From an uncultured delta proteobacterium (GTDB lineage: Bacteria; Desulfobacterota; Binatia; Binatales; Binataceae), in the NCBI GenBank assembly GCA_963834535.1, contig CAWICC010000005.1, forward strand, positions 648,258 through 712,257: 64,000 nucleotides of DNA, written 5' to 3'. Positions within the stretch are counted from its first letter, which is position 1; each line of letters starts with the position of its first letter. The notes under the pieces are model-generated. The model did no database searches and was not told the origin of the DNA. It saw nothing but the letters and a program-made list of their open reading frames with translations. This document shows, piece after piece, positions 51,598 to 62,289 of the stretch. A program made the translations under genes and the position numbers.

Positions 51598-52347
51598 CTA
51601 CTTAGTCACCCAGTAGTTGCGGCTCTCAGCGCCGGCCGCAAGGTAAATCTCGCCCGGTTCCACGCGTAATACTCGCGCGTTCTTAGAATTTAGAACGCTC
51701 GCGATGACCGCCTCGGGTACGGCCGTAAGCTGCACAGGTGCCAGCCGGTATCGTTCGAACAGAACTCGGGGATCGTAGCCCAGTAGTTTCATCAGCGCAT
51801 AAACGCGCCGGCGAGGTTGCAGCATCCTCCTCCACGGCAGGTATGTCAGGACGTGGAACATCAGCAGTCCTCCGGGTTTGAGCACGCGGACGAATTCTCG
51901 GATCAGACTGACGGCGACGCGCCGGGAGGGTTGGTGCTGCAATACGAGCATCGTATAGACCAGGTCGAAAGTGTCGTCTTCGAACAGCCGAAGATGGGCC
52001 TTCCTGTTCTGAACGAAGTGGCAGTTGGCAAGGTCGGCGTTTAGCGCCCTGGCTTGAGAAATCATCGACGCCGAAACATCCACCCCACAAGCCTCAGCGA
52101 AGTTTTGCGCCATCGGTCTGGTCAATCGGCCGATGCCGCAACCGAAGTCGAGCGCACGATCGCGGCCATGCGGGTGGCTCAACTCCGCCGCCTTGATCAT
52201 TAGCTTTTCAATCTCGCGTTCACCGGTACGAAAGAACTCCCGCTCTTCCCATTTTCCGGAACGCAAATCAGGATACCCAAGGATCGCCCAGTAGGTGTCG
52301 ATTCCGGCGAGGTCGTCCCAGTTCTTTCCTGTGCGTCGGAGGCCCAC
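51598..52347 (-). CDS. class I SAM-dependent methyltransferase
   Basis: SAM motif I (ALDFGCGIGRLT) and the methyltransferase type 11/12 pattern. 249 aa. Confidence 0.8.
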   Translation of the reverse strand: MGLRRTGKNWDDLAGIDTYWAILGYPDLRSGKWEEREFFRTGEREIEKLMIKAAELSHPHGRDRALDFGCGIGRLTRPMAQNFAEACGVDVSASMISQARALNADLANCHFVQNRKAHLRLFEDDTFDLVYTMLVLQHQPSRRVAVSLIREFVRVLKPGGLLMFHVLTYLPWRRMLQPRRRVYALMKLLGYDPRVLFERYRLAPVQLTAVPEAVIASVLNSKNARVLRVEPGEIYLAAGAESRNYWVTK

Positions 52348-52662
52348 GTATGCGCTCCTTTACGAGTCGGATACCTCAAGATCCTGTCTGAGGCGTTTCA
52401 GTGAATTCCGCTCTTCGTTTGCTAATATTGCAGTATGACGCGGCGCCCTTCTCAGCCGTCGCTGTCAGTCGGCCCATAAGCCTTTAACGGCCGGGCGTGG
52501 CCGGCGTTCCGCAAGTAGATGCTCCCTTCTTAGACAATGTCATTGTAACGGGGGTTCTCAAGGATCTGGATAGCTGGAACCGGCGCTGTATCTCAAGTAG
52601 AAGTGCAGGTTAGTCCAGTGGTGCAGCAATCAAAGATGCGATAGGAAATCGCCCAAATTAAA

Positions 52663-53157
52663 GTGAAAGATGAGTTTAAGCCTCCCCAGACCCTCCAGGA
52701 GGGCCAGGATTTGCAGGATCTGCAATCTCTGATCGATCGCAGCGTGCGCACCGCGACTCCCTCAGTTGGCGATTCCGTTGCGTATCCCGGGCGGCAGATG
52801 TCTGCGGCCGAGTTTCTTGAGTTCTGGCAAAGCGTGAGACTGGTTGCGATGGCGACGGTGGGCGAGAGCGGCCGGCCGCATATCGCTCCGGTGCATGCCA
52901 CTTTGAGTGGCGTTACGCTTCGGCTGGTGATTTACGACAACACGGTCAGACGTGCCGATATCGCTAAAAATCCACGCGTTTCGTTCACGACCTGGCGGAC
53001 CGATGGAGCGGCGGTAATCGTTTATGGACGCGCGCGCGAAGTCGAAGGTAGCCTGCGACCGGCGCGGCCGGGGCGCAGCGGCAAGCCGCGCCACGTCGTG
53101 GAGATAGAAGTTAAGCTGACCCGTATATACGCAATGCGCGCGCCATCATCGCCATAA
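52663..53157 (+). CDS. pyridoxamine 5'-phosphate oxidase-like / general-stress-protein-26-like FMN-binding split-barrel protein
   Basis: VRLVAMATVGESGRPHIAPVHAT...RVSFTTW is the PNPOx-like split-barrel signature. 164 aa. Confidence 0.7.
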   Translation: MKDEFKPPQTLQEGQDLQDLQSLIDRSVRTATPSVGDSVAYPGRQMSAAEFLEFWQSVRLVAMATVGESGRPHIAPVHATLSGVTLRLVIYDNTVRRADIAKNPRVSFTTWRTDGAAVIVYGRAREVEGSLRPARPGRSGKPRHVVEIEVKLTRIYAMRAPSSP

Positions 53158-53575
53158 AATCACGCAGTCAAAAGGGGACGTCTCTATGCCGGAAATCGTT
53201 GCGAACGCGATCGTCGAAGAAGTCGAATGTGCCGCCAAAGCCTCAACCGCGGCGGGTGAAATGACCAAAATCGCGCGCGCGATTCGATGTCGCTCGGTCT
53301 CGATGGTCAGGGAGAGCCAGCACTCGACTTTTTCGACGATGACGGCAAGTTAAAGCGGAAATTGCCGTAGCAGTGCGATCTTCCCCGGCGCAGAATGATA
53401 CGGGATCCGGCGCTGGTTGGGGAATTTGAGGATCAAACTGGCGCGCGGTTTGCCGAGGCTAAGCCAAGCGGTATGTTGGTGGGCGTGCAGCATGGAGATA
53501 TCCGCGAGATCGTTCGGGCCGGGAGCGCCTGCCATGTTTAACTGCTAACGAGAGATAAAAGACGACCGGAAGCGA

Positions 53576-56385
53576 TTGAAAATCATGACGAAGAACAGTT
53601 TCGGTGCGCAGACCACGCTCGACGTGGCCGGCAAGAGTTACACCATTTCCTCACTCGCGGCCTTGACCAAGCGCGGCTTCGACCTCGAGCGATTGCCTGT
53701 CTCGATCAAGGTGATGCTTGAGAACGTGCTGCGCCGCGAGGATGGCGAAATCGTCACGAGCGGCCAGATTGAGGCGCTCGCGCGATGGAACGGCGCAAAG
53801 ATGGGGAGCGAGAGGTCTCGTTCATGCCGGCGCGCGTGCTGCTGCAGGATTTCACCGGCGTGCCGGTGGTGGCGGATCTGGCGGTGATGCGCGACGCGAT
53901 TCGCAAGCTCGGCGGCGATCCCGCCAGGATCAATCCGCTGCAGCCGGCCGATCTGGTGATCGATCATTCGGTGCAGGTCGATTCGTTACGGACAGCGCCG
54001 CGTGCGTTCGCGGCCAAACGCGGAGCTGGAGTTCGAGCGCAACCAGGAGCGCTACCTGTTTCTGCGCTGGGGGCAGGGCGCTTTCGACAATTTCCGCGTC
54101 GTGCCGCCCGACACCGGCATCGTGCATCAGGTGAATCTCGAATATCTCGCGCCGGTGGTCTTCACGTCGGACAACGGCGAGGCCTATCCCGACACCGTCT
54201 ATCGGCACCGATTCGCATACCACGATGATCAACGGCCTCGGCGTCGTCGGATGGGGCGTCGGCGGAATCGAGGCGGAGGCTGCGATGCTTGGGCGCTCGA
54301 TGCCGATGCTGATTCCCGAGGTGATCGGCTTTCGCCTGGCGGGCAGCGCTGCGCCCCGGCGCGACCGCGACCGACCTGGTGCTGACGGTCACGCAGATGC
54401 TGCGCAAGAAGGGCGTGGTCAGCAAGTTCGTCGAGTACTTTGGCGACGGCATTGCGAGTCGCTGGCGTTGCCGATCGCGCGACGCTCGGCAACATGTCGC
54501 CGGAGTACGGCGCGACGATGGGATTTTTCCCGGTTGACGATCAGACGCTCGCATACCTGCGGCTGACGGGGCGCAGCCGAGCAGCCAGATCAAACTGATC
54601 GAGGCCTACTGCAAGGCGCAGGGACTGTTCAATTCGCCCGGCATCGCCCGAGCCCGATTTTCACCGACACGCTCGAGCTCGATCTTGGCCGCAGTCGTGC
54701 CGAGCATGGCGGGGCCGCGCCGTCCGCAGGATCGGGTCGCGCTGACGCGCGGCGAAGGCGCGAATTCCGCCGCGAGCTGGCCAAGGAATTCGCGGAGCAT
54801 AACGACGCGTCGATCCGCAGAGCTGTCGAAGCTGGATGGCGGAAGGCGGCAATCCGCGCAGTCGCGCCGCACGAGCGGGTGCCGTTCGCCGAATCTCGGA
54901 CACATCGCGCACAAGGTCGCGGTGGAGATCGAGGCGGCGCGAAATTTCCGCTCGGCGCACGGCTCGATCGTGATCGCCGCGATTACGAGCTGCACCAACA
55001 CGTCGAATCCGTCGGTGATGACTGGCGGCCGGGACTGCTCGCAAAAAAGGCGGTCGAGCGCGGGCTGACGGTCAAGCCGTGGGTCAAGACCAGCCTCGCG
55101 CCGGGATCGAAGGTCGTCACGGCAGTATCTGAAGCGCGCCGGGCTGACGGAGTACTCTCGATAAGCTGCATTTCAATCTGGTCGGCTACGGCTGCACGAC
55201 CTGTATCGGCAACAGCGGGCCCGTCGCGGAGGCGATCGCCGGGCGCGATCAAGCAGGGCAACCTGGTCGCCTGCGCGATCCTCAGCGGCAATCGCAACTT
55301 CGAGGGCCGCATCAATCCGGTCGTGCGCTTCAACTACCTCGCGTCGCCGCCGCTGGTCGTCGCATACGCGATCGCCGGCACGATGGATATCGACCTCGAA
55401 CGTCAGCCGCTCGGCACGCGATGCCGACGGGCAACGCGGTCTTCCTGCGCGACATCTGGCCGAGCGCCGAGGAGATTGCCGCCGCGGTGGCGGGTGCGGT
55501 CGATTCGGCGATGTTCAAGGCCGAGTACGGCAGCGTGTTCGAGGGCGACGAGCGCTGGCGCGGGCCTCAAGGTTCCCGAGGGCGACCTGTTCCGCTGGGA
55601 GGAGCAATCGTCCGTACGTGAAGGCGCCGCCGTTCTTCGATGGCGTCGGCGCCGACTCCCGCACCGATTCAGCGACATCAACGGTGCGCGCGTGCTGGCG
55701 ATGCTCGGCGACAGCGTGACGACGGATCACATCTCGCCGGCGGGATCGATCGCCGCCGACGGCCCGGCCGGCCGATACCTGATCGCCAGCGGCGTGTCAG
55801 CCCAGGGATTTCAATTCGTACGGCGCGCGCCGCGGGAATCATGAGGTGATGGTGCGCGGAACGTTCGCGAATATCCGGCTCAAGAACCTGCTGGTGCCGG
55901 GCGTCGAGGGCGGCTTCACGGCGCATCTGCCCGACGGCGAGGTCACCTACGATCTTCGAGGCCTCGGAGCAATATCGGGAAGAGGGCGTGCCGCTGATCG
56001 TGATCGCGGGCAAGGAGTACGGCTCCGGATCGTCGCGCGACTGGGCTGCCAAGGGGACGCATTCTGCTCGGCGTGCGCGCGGTGATCGCGGAGAGCTTCG
56101 AGCGCATCCATCGCAGCAACCTGGTCGGGATGGGCGTGCTCGCCCTGGAATTCGTCAAGGGACAGAATCGCGAGAGCCTGGGGCTGACCGGGCATGAGAT
56201 TTATTCGATCGCCGGGCTCGAAGGCAGGTCTCAAGCCGCGCCAGACGCTGAAGGTGCGGGCCGAGGAAAGCGGCAAGGTGACGGAGTTCGAGGTGCTGGC
56301 GCGCATCGATACGCCGGAGGACGTCGAGTACATCCGTCACGGCGGCGTGCTGCCGTACGTGCTGCGCTCCCTCCTGCGCGCGTAA
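53576..56385 (+). pseudogene. acnA: aconitate hydratase A reading frame fragmented by at least 11 frame changes
   Basis: AcnA-like segments appear consecutively in alternating frames: 53576 f2 (SLAALTKRGFDLERLPVSIKVMLENVLRRED); 53785 f1 ([22 protein letters not shown]...VIDHSVQVD); 54002 f2 ([35 protein letters not shown]); 54225 f0 ([23 protein letters not shown]); 54879 f0, 55421 f2, 55846 f1, 55988 f2, 56073 f0; 56194 f1 (C-terminal [13 protein letters not shown]). Confidence 0.85.
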
Positions 56386-57583
56386 CCGCCGAGCGCCAGG
56401 AGGGCATACGCAGGTAGCATTCCCGGGGTCGGGCATCGGGTGTGTATGCTCGCAGAAGGAACAGACGCATAACGGCACCAAAGGCAACTCGCCCGGAGCG
56501 GGGTGGGCAAATGGTGGGCTGCCCTCTCAGGAGTGTACGCGCAGCGTTACAGTAACGCCGGATTTGCGCGTGGCGTAGCGCGACAGCAGCCGTAGGAACG
56601 TCCGGCGTGACGTTGGCGATCGCTGCCGCCCGATAGCCCACCGACTCGGGACCGCGCGTGCGCATCATACCGAGGGTCGAGAGCCGATACAGCGCGGCGA
56701 CCGCCTGGCAGTAACGAAAGCGATCGAGTTTCATCGGCGCGAGTGCGTGATACGCCGGAAAGTAGAGCGCCGCGAACAGCATCCGCAGGCTGTTGCCCGC
56801 CGGGTTGTCGCGCATCCAGCGCGGATGGTCCATCGCGCTGGTCGCGAGGATCGCCGAGGTCGTGGCCGCGTCGAGATGCCGATCGCCGCGATCCGCGCTG
56901 ACCCAATCGACCACGCCGGTCACACGCATCCCGCGCACGATCACATTTTGCGGATGATAGTCCATGTGCACGTTGACGACCGGCGCGACACGGTAATACC
57001 CGGCGCGATCGCGCAGGCTCGCGAGCGCATCGCGCAGTCCCGGCAACGGTCCGCACTCGATTCGTTCCGCAATGATATCCAGCAACCGATCGAGCAGCGG
57101 CGCGCGCGCATTTGCGCCGTCGTGCTCTCCGACCTCATCGCCAGTGATCGTGAGCCGATGGAGTCGTACCTGCGTCCGCACGAACGCGATGAAGCCGAGC
57201 GAGAAAGTGGTAAATGCGAGCGGGAAGTTCTTCGTCACGAACAAGGGGCCGCCCGCGACCCGATCCATGATCAGGAAGGGCGCGCCAATCGCTATGACAT
57301 CCCGCTCCTCGATGTAGGGGCGCGGCGCCGGAAAGCCCGCCGCCGCCACCCGGAACATCGTGCGCCCTTCGCGCGCCGCCTTCTGATCCGCGCTCGCACC
57401 CTGGTAAACGCGCAGCACCAGAGGCGATCGGATTGGCAGGTCGGGCGCGCGCGACGATCGGGACTCGATCGCGAACTCGAAGATGGTGGTTTCCCAGCCG
57501 CTACCGAAGGTGTGCAGGCTCGCGATTTCTGTATTCAGATATGCCGCCAGGAGCGTGCGAAGGTTGGCGGAATCAGGCGTCAT
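56231..57583 (-). CDS. phosphotransferase (APH/choline-kinase-like protein kinase fold) family protein
   Basis: Kinase-like features: Brenner motif ([11 protein letters not shown]) and DWVSADRGD (DFG-equivalent). Start assigned to MTPDSANL (57583). The ORF 3' end runs 150 nt into the antisense of the acnA 3' end, so the true stop is uncertain. Confidence 0.65.
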   Translation of the reverse strand: MTPDSANLRTLLAAYLNTEIASLHTFGSGWETTIFEFAIESRSSRAPDLPIRSPLVLRVYQGASADQKAAREGRTMFRVAAAGFPAPRPYIEERDVIAIGAPFLIMDRVAGGPLFVTKNFPLAFTTFSLGFIAFVRTQVRLHRLTITGDEVGEHDGANARAPLLDRLLDIIAERIECGPLPGLRDALASLRDRAGYYRVAPVVNVHMDYHPQNVIVRGMRVTGVVDWVSADRGDRHLDAATTSAILATSAMDHPRWMRDNPAGNSLRMLFAALYFPAYHALAPMKLDRFRYCQAVAALYRLSTLGMMRTRGPESVGYRAAAIANVTPDVPTAAVALRHAQIRRYCNAARTLLRGQPTICPPRSGRVAFGAVMRLFLLRAYTPDARPRECYLRMPSWRSAVTRAGGSAARTAARRRDGCTRRPPAYRCAPAPRTPSPCRFPRPAPSASGAA

Positions 57584-57727
57584 CGGGGAAGGTGGTGGGA
57601 ATGGCGATCTGAGTCCTTGCTGCGTCGAAGCGCCCGGCACCATCGATCGCTCCACGGCGACGCCTACACCCGCGAGCCTGGCCTCGTCGTCTCCGGCGTA
57701 GTGGCTCGGGTCCGCCCGTGGACCGTT

Positions 57728-58930
57728 CTAGTGCTGCAGCGCCGGTTGATTCGGCGTAATTGGCGTCACCGGACTGGTCTCGTCCTCGGCCGGCGGCCAT
57801 GACTGGGTCTGCCCGTTCTGCGGCGATCCTTCGGGCGCGACCTGGCCGTGTTGATACTGGCTTTGCAGCGTCGAGGTGAGCAGCGCGCCGCTGGTATTGC
57901 TGATGTCGATCGTGGCCTCAACGGACAAGCCCATGCGCAACGGCTTATCTGGTGGCGCTGGTTGATTCAGTACGATCTTGACCGGCACGCGCTGCACGAC
58001 TTTGACCCAGTTGCCGGTCGCGTTTTCCGGCGGCAGCAGAGCAAATGCGGCTCCCGTGCCGACGCTGATCGAATCGACATGCGCCTTGTAAACGTAGCCC
58101 GGATAGATATCGGCTTCGACATCCGCCGGTTGCCCGACGCGGACATTGGTCAACTGGGTCTCTTTGTAGTTGGCGGTGATGTATAGCCGGTCGGTCGGCA
58201 CCAGCGCCATCAGCGGCTCCCCGGGTTGAATCCGGTTGCCGACGTGAACGCTTTTTCGCGTGATGATGCCGGTTAGCGGCGCGTGCAGAACCGTGTAGCT
58301 GAGATCGAGCTTCGCGCCCTCGAGCGCCGCCTGTGCCTGTTGCACGATCGGCCGGTCGTACGTCGTATGATCAACCGACGCATGATCGGTGTCGGTTGAA
58401 GCCGGGCCCCCGAGCGCCGCACGGGCCTGCTGGACCTGATGATCGGCCAGGGCCTGATCGGCCTCTGCCACCCGCATCGCGGTTTCGGCCTGATCGTAGA
58501 ACTCGCGCGAGACGACGCCTTCCTTGCGCAGTTCGCGCGCGCGCTCGTAATCGATTTTCGCCTGGTTGAGCTGCGACCCGGCGAGCTTCGAGCCGGCTTC
58601 GGCCGCCTCGAGCTGCGCGACATTCTGATCGACTGACTGCCGTGCTCTTTCGAGCTGGGCTTCGGCCTGGTCGTAGCGCACCTGGTAGTCGCGCGGATCG
58701 AGCGCGAGCAGCGGATCGCCGGCGTTGACGTGCCAGTTTTCCATGACGTAAAGGCGCGCGACGGTGCCCGGAATACGAGATGAAATCAGCGCGATGCTGC
58801 CATCGACGTAGGCGTCATCGGTGGAGACGTGGCTCGTGAAATATTGGTAGTAGTGGTAGCCCGGGATAAGGGCTGCCAGAAGCGCTATCACGACCACCAC
58901 CAGGAGTATTTTGCGCAACACGGATTTCAT
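57728..58930 (-). CDS. HlyD/EmrA-family membrane fusion protein (periplasmic adaptor)
   Basis: N-terminal TM anchor (ILLVVVVIALLAALIP). Long coiled-coil (QAEAQLERARQSVDQNVAQLEAAE...). Lipoyl/beta-barrel C-terminal region. No cognate transporter gene adjacent. Confidence 0.85.
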   Translation of the reverse strand: MKSVLRKILLVVVVIALLAALIPGYHYYQYFTSHVSTDDAYVDGSIALISSRIPGTVARLYVMENWHVNAGDPLLALDPRDYQVRYDQAEAQLERARQSVDQNVAQLEAAEAGSKLAGSQLNQAKIDYERARELRKEGVVSREFYDQAETAMRVAEADQALADHQVQQARAALGGPASTDTDHASVDHTTYDRPIVQQAQAALEGAKLDLSYTVLHAPLTGIITRKSVHVGNRIQPGEPLMALVPTDRLYITANYKETQLTNVRVGQPADVEADIYPGYVYKAHVDSISVGTGAAFALLPPENATGNWVKVVQRVPVKIVLNQPAPPDKPLRMGLSVEATIDISNTSGALLTSTLQSQYQHGQVAPEGSPQNGQTQSWPPAEDETSPVTPITPNQPALQH

Positions 58931-59155
58931 CTCGAGTTGATCCGCGGCGCGGATTGTCCAGTGAATGCTTCAGTCATTCCCAGCTTTCTCGTACCAGTTA
59001 AGTGCAGAGGGTAAATATGGTTTTCCGTTGGAACTGTCAAATGCGGATCCGCAGGTTTCCGCTTTCACAACTCTTTATGCTGCGCGCGTCGCGTAAAGTC
59101 CAGCGTCGGCGTGGCGGCGGTCTGCCACACACGTCGCGCTAAAGGACTCCCGGCG

Positions 59156-59842
59156 CTATGGATATTTGATCGTCACCGAGGTTCCGCCGTTTGGCACCAC
59201 CTTAGCTATGACGCCGTTGTAAATCAGGTCGATATTAAAGCTTCCCAGGAATCCCACCGCTGTGAAGATGCCATCGACGCGACCACCGTTACCACCTTGT
59301 GGCGAATCGAACAGAATTAGCGCCGGTGGCCGCGTCTCAACCACCTGGCCCTGAGCGGTGTCCTCGATCAATGCGTCGAAGAGCTCCTTGACCGGACCCT
59401 TGACGAAGAAACGCACGTCCGGATTGGCGGGCGGCGCAAAGTTCGAGACGTGACCGTAGGCGCCGACCGCGACGGCAAAGTTGTCCGTGCCCGACGCGAT
59501 CTGCTTGACGCTGAAGCCGTTGATGATTTCCAGGCTGATCAGTGACCCGTCGCTCACGAGCTTATTGACGCTGACGCGAACCGGCGGTGCGTTATTGACG
59601 ATCACGATGCTCAGCGGCACCACGCCCGTGATGTCCCATGACGAGCGTACGTCCGAGATCTTCGCGCTGAACGGCGTTCCCACACGCCCCACGATGCGAA
59701 AGCTCGTCTGCGCGGGGACGGGAGGCGTGTTGCCGGGAGCCGTATTGTTGCTACTGCCGAAGCCTCCGCATGAGGCCATCAGGAGCCCGCACCCAAGCGC
59801 GACTATGATACGGCTACGGATGGATTTCGCTTTCAAGTACAT
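59156..59842 (-). CDS. lipoprotein of unknown function
   Basis: Lipoprotein signal (IIVALGCGLLMASCGG). About 228 aa, beta-rich composition. Starts 20 nt downstream of the large secreted-protein gene, so likely co-transcribed. Confidence 0.55.
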   Translation of the reverse strand: MYLKAKSIRSRIIVALGCGLLMASCGGFGSSNNTAPGNTPPVPAQTSFRIVGRVGTPFSAKISDVRSSWDITGVVPLSIVIVNNAPPVRVSVNKLVSDGSLISLEIINGFSVKQIASGTDNFAVAVGAYGHVSNFAPPANPDVRFFVKGPVKELFDALIEDTAQGQVVETRPPALILFDSPQGGNGGRVDGIFTAVGFLGSFNIDLIYNGVIAKVVPNGGTSVTIKYP

Positions 59843-59861
59843 GGCGTCAGGTTCCATCCGT

Positions 59862-62093
59862 CTAGGGCAGGTCGGGCGGGGTTGTTGCGTTGCAGATCAG
59901 GCAGCCGCCGTTCGTCGTACCAGGGACGATGTTGCAAATGCCCGGACATGGTAATGGCGTCACTCCGGGCGACGGCGCTGGGGTTGGAACTATGGTCGGC
60001 GGAACCAGCGTAACCGGGACCGGCCCCCCGACCAGTTTGGGTGGAGGCACCTCTTCGGTGTAGTGAGAGAGCTGGTATCCAGCCGGGTCGGCTGGCGCGC
60101 ATACGGCATAATTCGCCGCGTTGCTCGCTCCGTACGGCCCTACCGGCACCGATTCGATTTGTACCAGGTTATTTGAAGCATCGGCTTTTGAGACCACCAC
60201 CGTGTCGGTGCTGCCCTGCACAGTGACCGTGCCCGCGACGCTGCCATGACCGACGCAGGTCATCCCGGTCAGATCCGCGTTCACCGTGCTGCACGTTGAG
60301 GTAGGGGGCGGGGGAGCCGCAACGTCAGACTGAACCGCGAACGTATGTCCGGTGGCCTTCTGCGGCGCGCCGTTGAACACATCCTGCGTGCTGGCGAAGA
60401 GGTCGAGGGCCCCGATCGGGTCGCCACCCGGACCAACATTCGAACTGTCCGGCACGTTCATCTTGTAGGTCTGGGAATTGGTCCCTGGCGGGATCGTCAC
60501 CAGCGTCATGTTCTCGATGTTGTCGGTGCCGGTATCCTCGGCTGCCACCATCACCGCCGCCGGACCATTCTCCGCCGGATCGAGTGCCACCGTCCCAGTG
60601 AGGAAGCCGTGATTCAGGTTGATCGCGCAGCCCTTGTTGGAGGGTGAGCATTTGAAAGCCGAACCCGCGGTCGTCACCTCGATCGGGGTCCGGTCGTAGC
60701 CGGCTGCCGTCGCAATCAGTTCGTAGGGATTACTGGCATCGGGAAGCGGTACGAACATGAAGGGTGGTTTGTTGTTGCCGTTGCCGGGTAGCGGAAATAC
60801 TCCCGCATCGTCGCTCGATCCGCTCGCGACCACCACGCATCCGACCGGCGGGTTGGCGGTGCAATCATGCACCGGTGCGGCCAGGTCGGGCAGCAGCAGA
60901 TCGATTGTGGCGGCCTGCACTCCGGTGGTGGTGCAGAAATCGACGACCTTGCCGGTGAAGGAATTGGACGGCTTCGAGCCTACCGGCGGCAGCGTTATAT
61001 TGAGAGGATTAGTCGAGACCAGGAGTTGGTTGCTGAGGACCGAATAGGTGCTGCTTTTCTGTGAAAAGACGAAATCGTACCTGGTTCCTCCGCCATTCGC
61101 CGCGGTCGGCAGGTTCATCGTAAATGAGCAGGTCTTTTTGCCGTTGCACGAATTCGGCAATCCCTGCGAAATCACGATATTGTCGGTGCCGGCGATAAGC
61201 GCCGTGACCGCCTGCGGCCCCTTGTTCGAAAAGCCTCCTGCGGCCGTCGTCGTGATGGTGCCGGTCACCGTCCCGAGCTGCGGCAAGACTGGAGTGATCG
61301 GGCCGCACGTTGGACTGCCCGTATTCGCGACGCAGATCGTCGGCGCGACCACAACGGCCTGGTTGGAGGCCGTCGGGGGCGGTCCCAGGCCGGGATCAAT
61401 ATCGATGACCAGCGGCGTGACGACATTCGTGCCTTTGGAGAGGTCTAATCCGCCGTTCGGATCAGTAGCGTTCAGCGAAGTACGAATGGTCAGAGGGGCC
61501 CCCGTGGTCGGCGTCGGGGAGGCCTGCGCCCGATACGAAATGCAGCCCTCTCCAGACGGTGCAGTCTGACCGCAGAGGGGCATCATTACACCGGGGGTGC
61601 CGGTGTCCATCACCAGTTCGACTTGCCGATAGAGCTTTGCCGGTACTGCCGCCGCATTGAAGACCAGCGCGAGGTTTTGCAGCGCAAACAGATCGAGTTG
61701 GATTTCCGAGCGGCCTTCGCCCACCGTGACGCTATTGGTCACCCCCGTACTGTAACCGAAATTATTGCCCGTCGAGACTGTCGCAATACCCGCCGACTTG
61801 CCGATTCCCTGCGGTACCGGAATCGTTACCCAGCCGCCATCGGTGTCCGCAACCCCCGGGTTCTTGCTCGGGCTGAGCCGCACAGAAACGACATTGACGT
61901 TGACGCTCTGATAGGAGGTTACGGGTTCCGATGAACCGAACGAACTCACGAAGGAGACCGCGACAACCGCCTTGCCCGCCGCCACCGCCTTCGCTGACGC
62001 CGAATCGTTGCCCCCGATCAATGCCAGCCCCAGGATCAATAGAACTGGAGCGAGCAGCGCGGCCACCACCCACCGGGAAGATAAATCTTTCAC
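59862..62093 (-). CDS. large secreted Thr/Pro/Gly/Ser-rich, Cys-containing surface protein (743 aa), function unknown
   Basis: N-terminal signal/anchor (VVAALLAPVLLILGLALIG). Extreme T/G/P/S bias with recurring Cys pairs and low-complexity PPPPT/TPAPSP stretches. No enzymatic motif. Confidence 0.6.
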   Translation of the reverse strand: MKDLSSRWVVAALLAPVLLILGLALIGGNDSASAKAVAAGKAVVAVSFVSSFGSSEPVTSYQSVNVNVVSVRLSPSKNPGVADTDGGWVTIPVPQGIGKSAGIATVSTGNNFGYSTGVTNSVTVGEGRSEIQLDLFALQNLALVFNAAAVPAKLYRQVELVMDTGTPGVMMPLCGQTAPSGEGCISYRAQASPTPTTGAPLTIRTSLNATDPNGGLDLSKGTNVVTPLVIDIDPGLGPPPTASNQAVVVAPTICVANTGSPTCGPITPVLPQLGTVTGTITTTAAGGFSNKGPQAVTALIAGTDNIVISQGLPNSCNGKKTCSFTMNLPTAANGGGTRYDFVFSQKSSTYSVLSNQLLVSTNPLNITLPPVGSKPSNSFTGKVVDFCTTTGVQAATIDLLLPDLAAPVHDCTANPPVGCVVVASGSSDDAGVFPLPGNGNNKPPFMFVPLPDASNPYELIATAAGYDRTPIEVTTAGSAFKCSPSNKGCAINLNHGFLTGTVALDPAENGPAAVMVAAEDTGTDNIENMTLVTIPPGTNSQTYKMNVPDSSNVGPGGDPIGALDLFASTQDVFNGAPQKATGHTFAVQSDVAAPPPPTSTCSTVNADLTGMTCVGHGSVAGTVTVQGSTDTVVVSKADASNNLVQIESVPVGPYGASNAANYAVCAPADPAGYQLSHYTEEVPPPKLVGGPVPVTLVPPTIVPTPAPSPGVTPLPCPGICNIVPGTTNGGCLICNATTPPDLP

Positions 62094-62289
62094 TCAATTC
62101 TCGCCACGGACAGTATTAGGTCAATGCGTTGGAGTAACTTAACTGCCGGGCGAAGGCAAGGTGGGATGCCGTTTAGAGGTGCTAATGCATCGCGCGTTCG
62201 AGTACGGCATATTTCAACATAAAAGCAAGTGCTCTCCATCTGCAGATGCAGGGCTTGACTATGGGATATACTGCTTCGGAAAATCGACT

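Noticed and set aside
53187-53366. 59-codon ORF MPEIVANAIVEEVE... in the intergenic region upstream of acnA
   Set aside because: No recognisable family and no ribosome-binding site. Could be real, but the evidence is insufficient to call.
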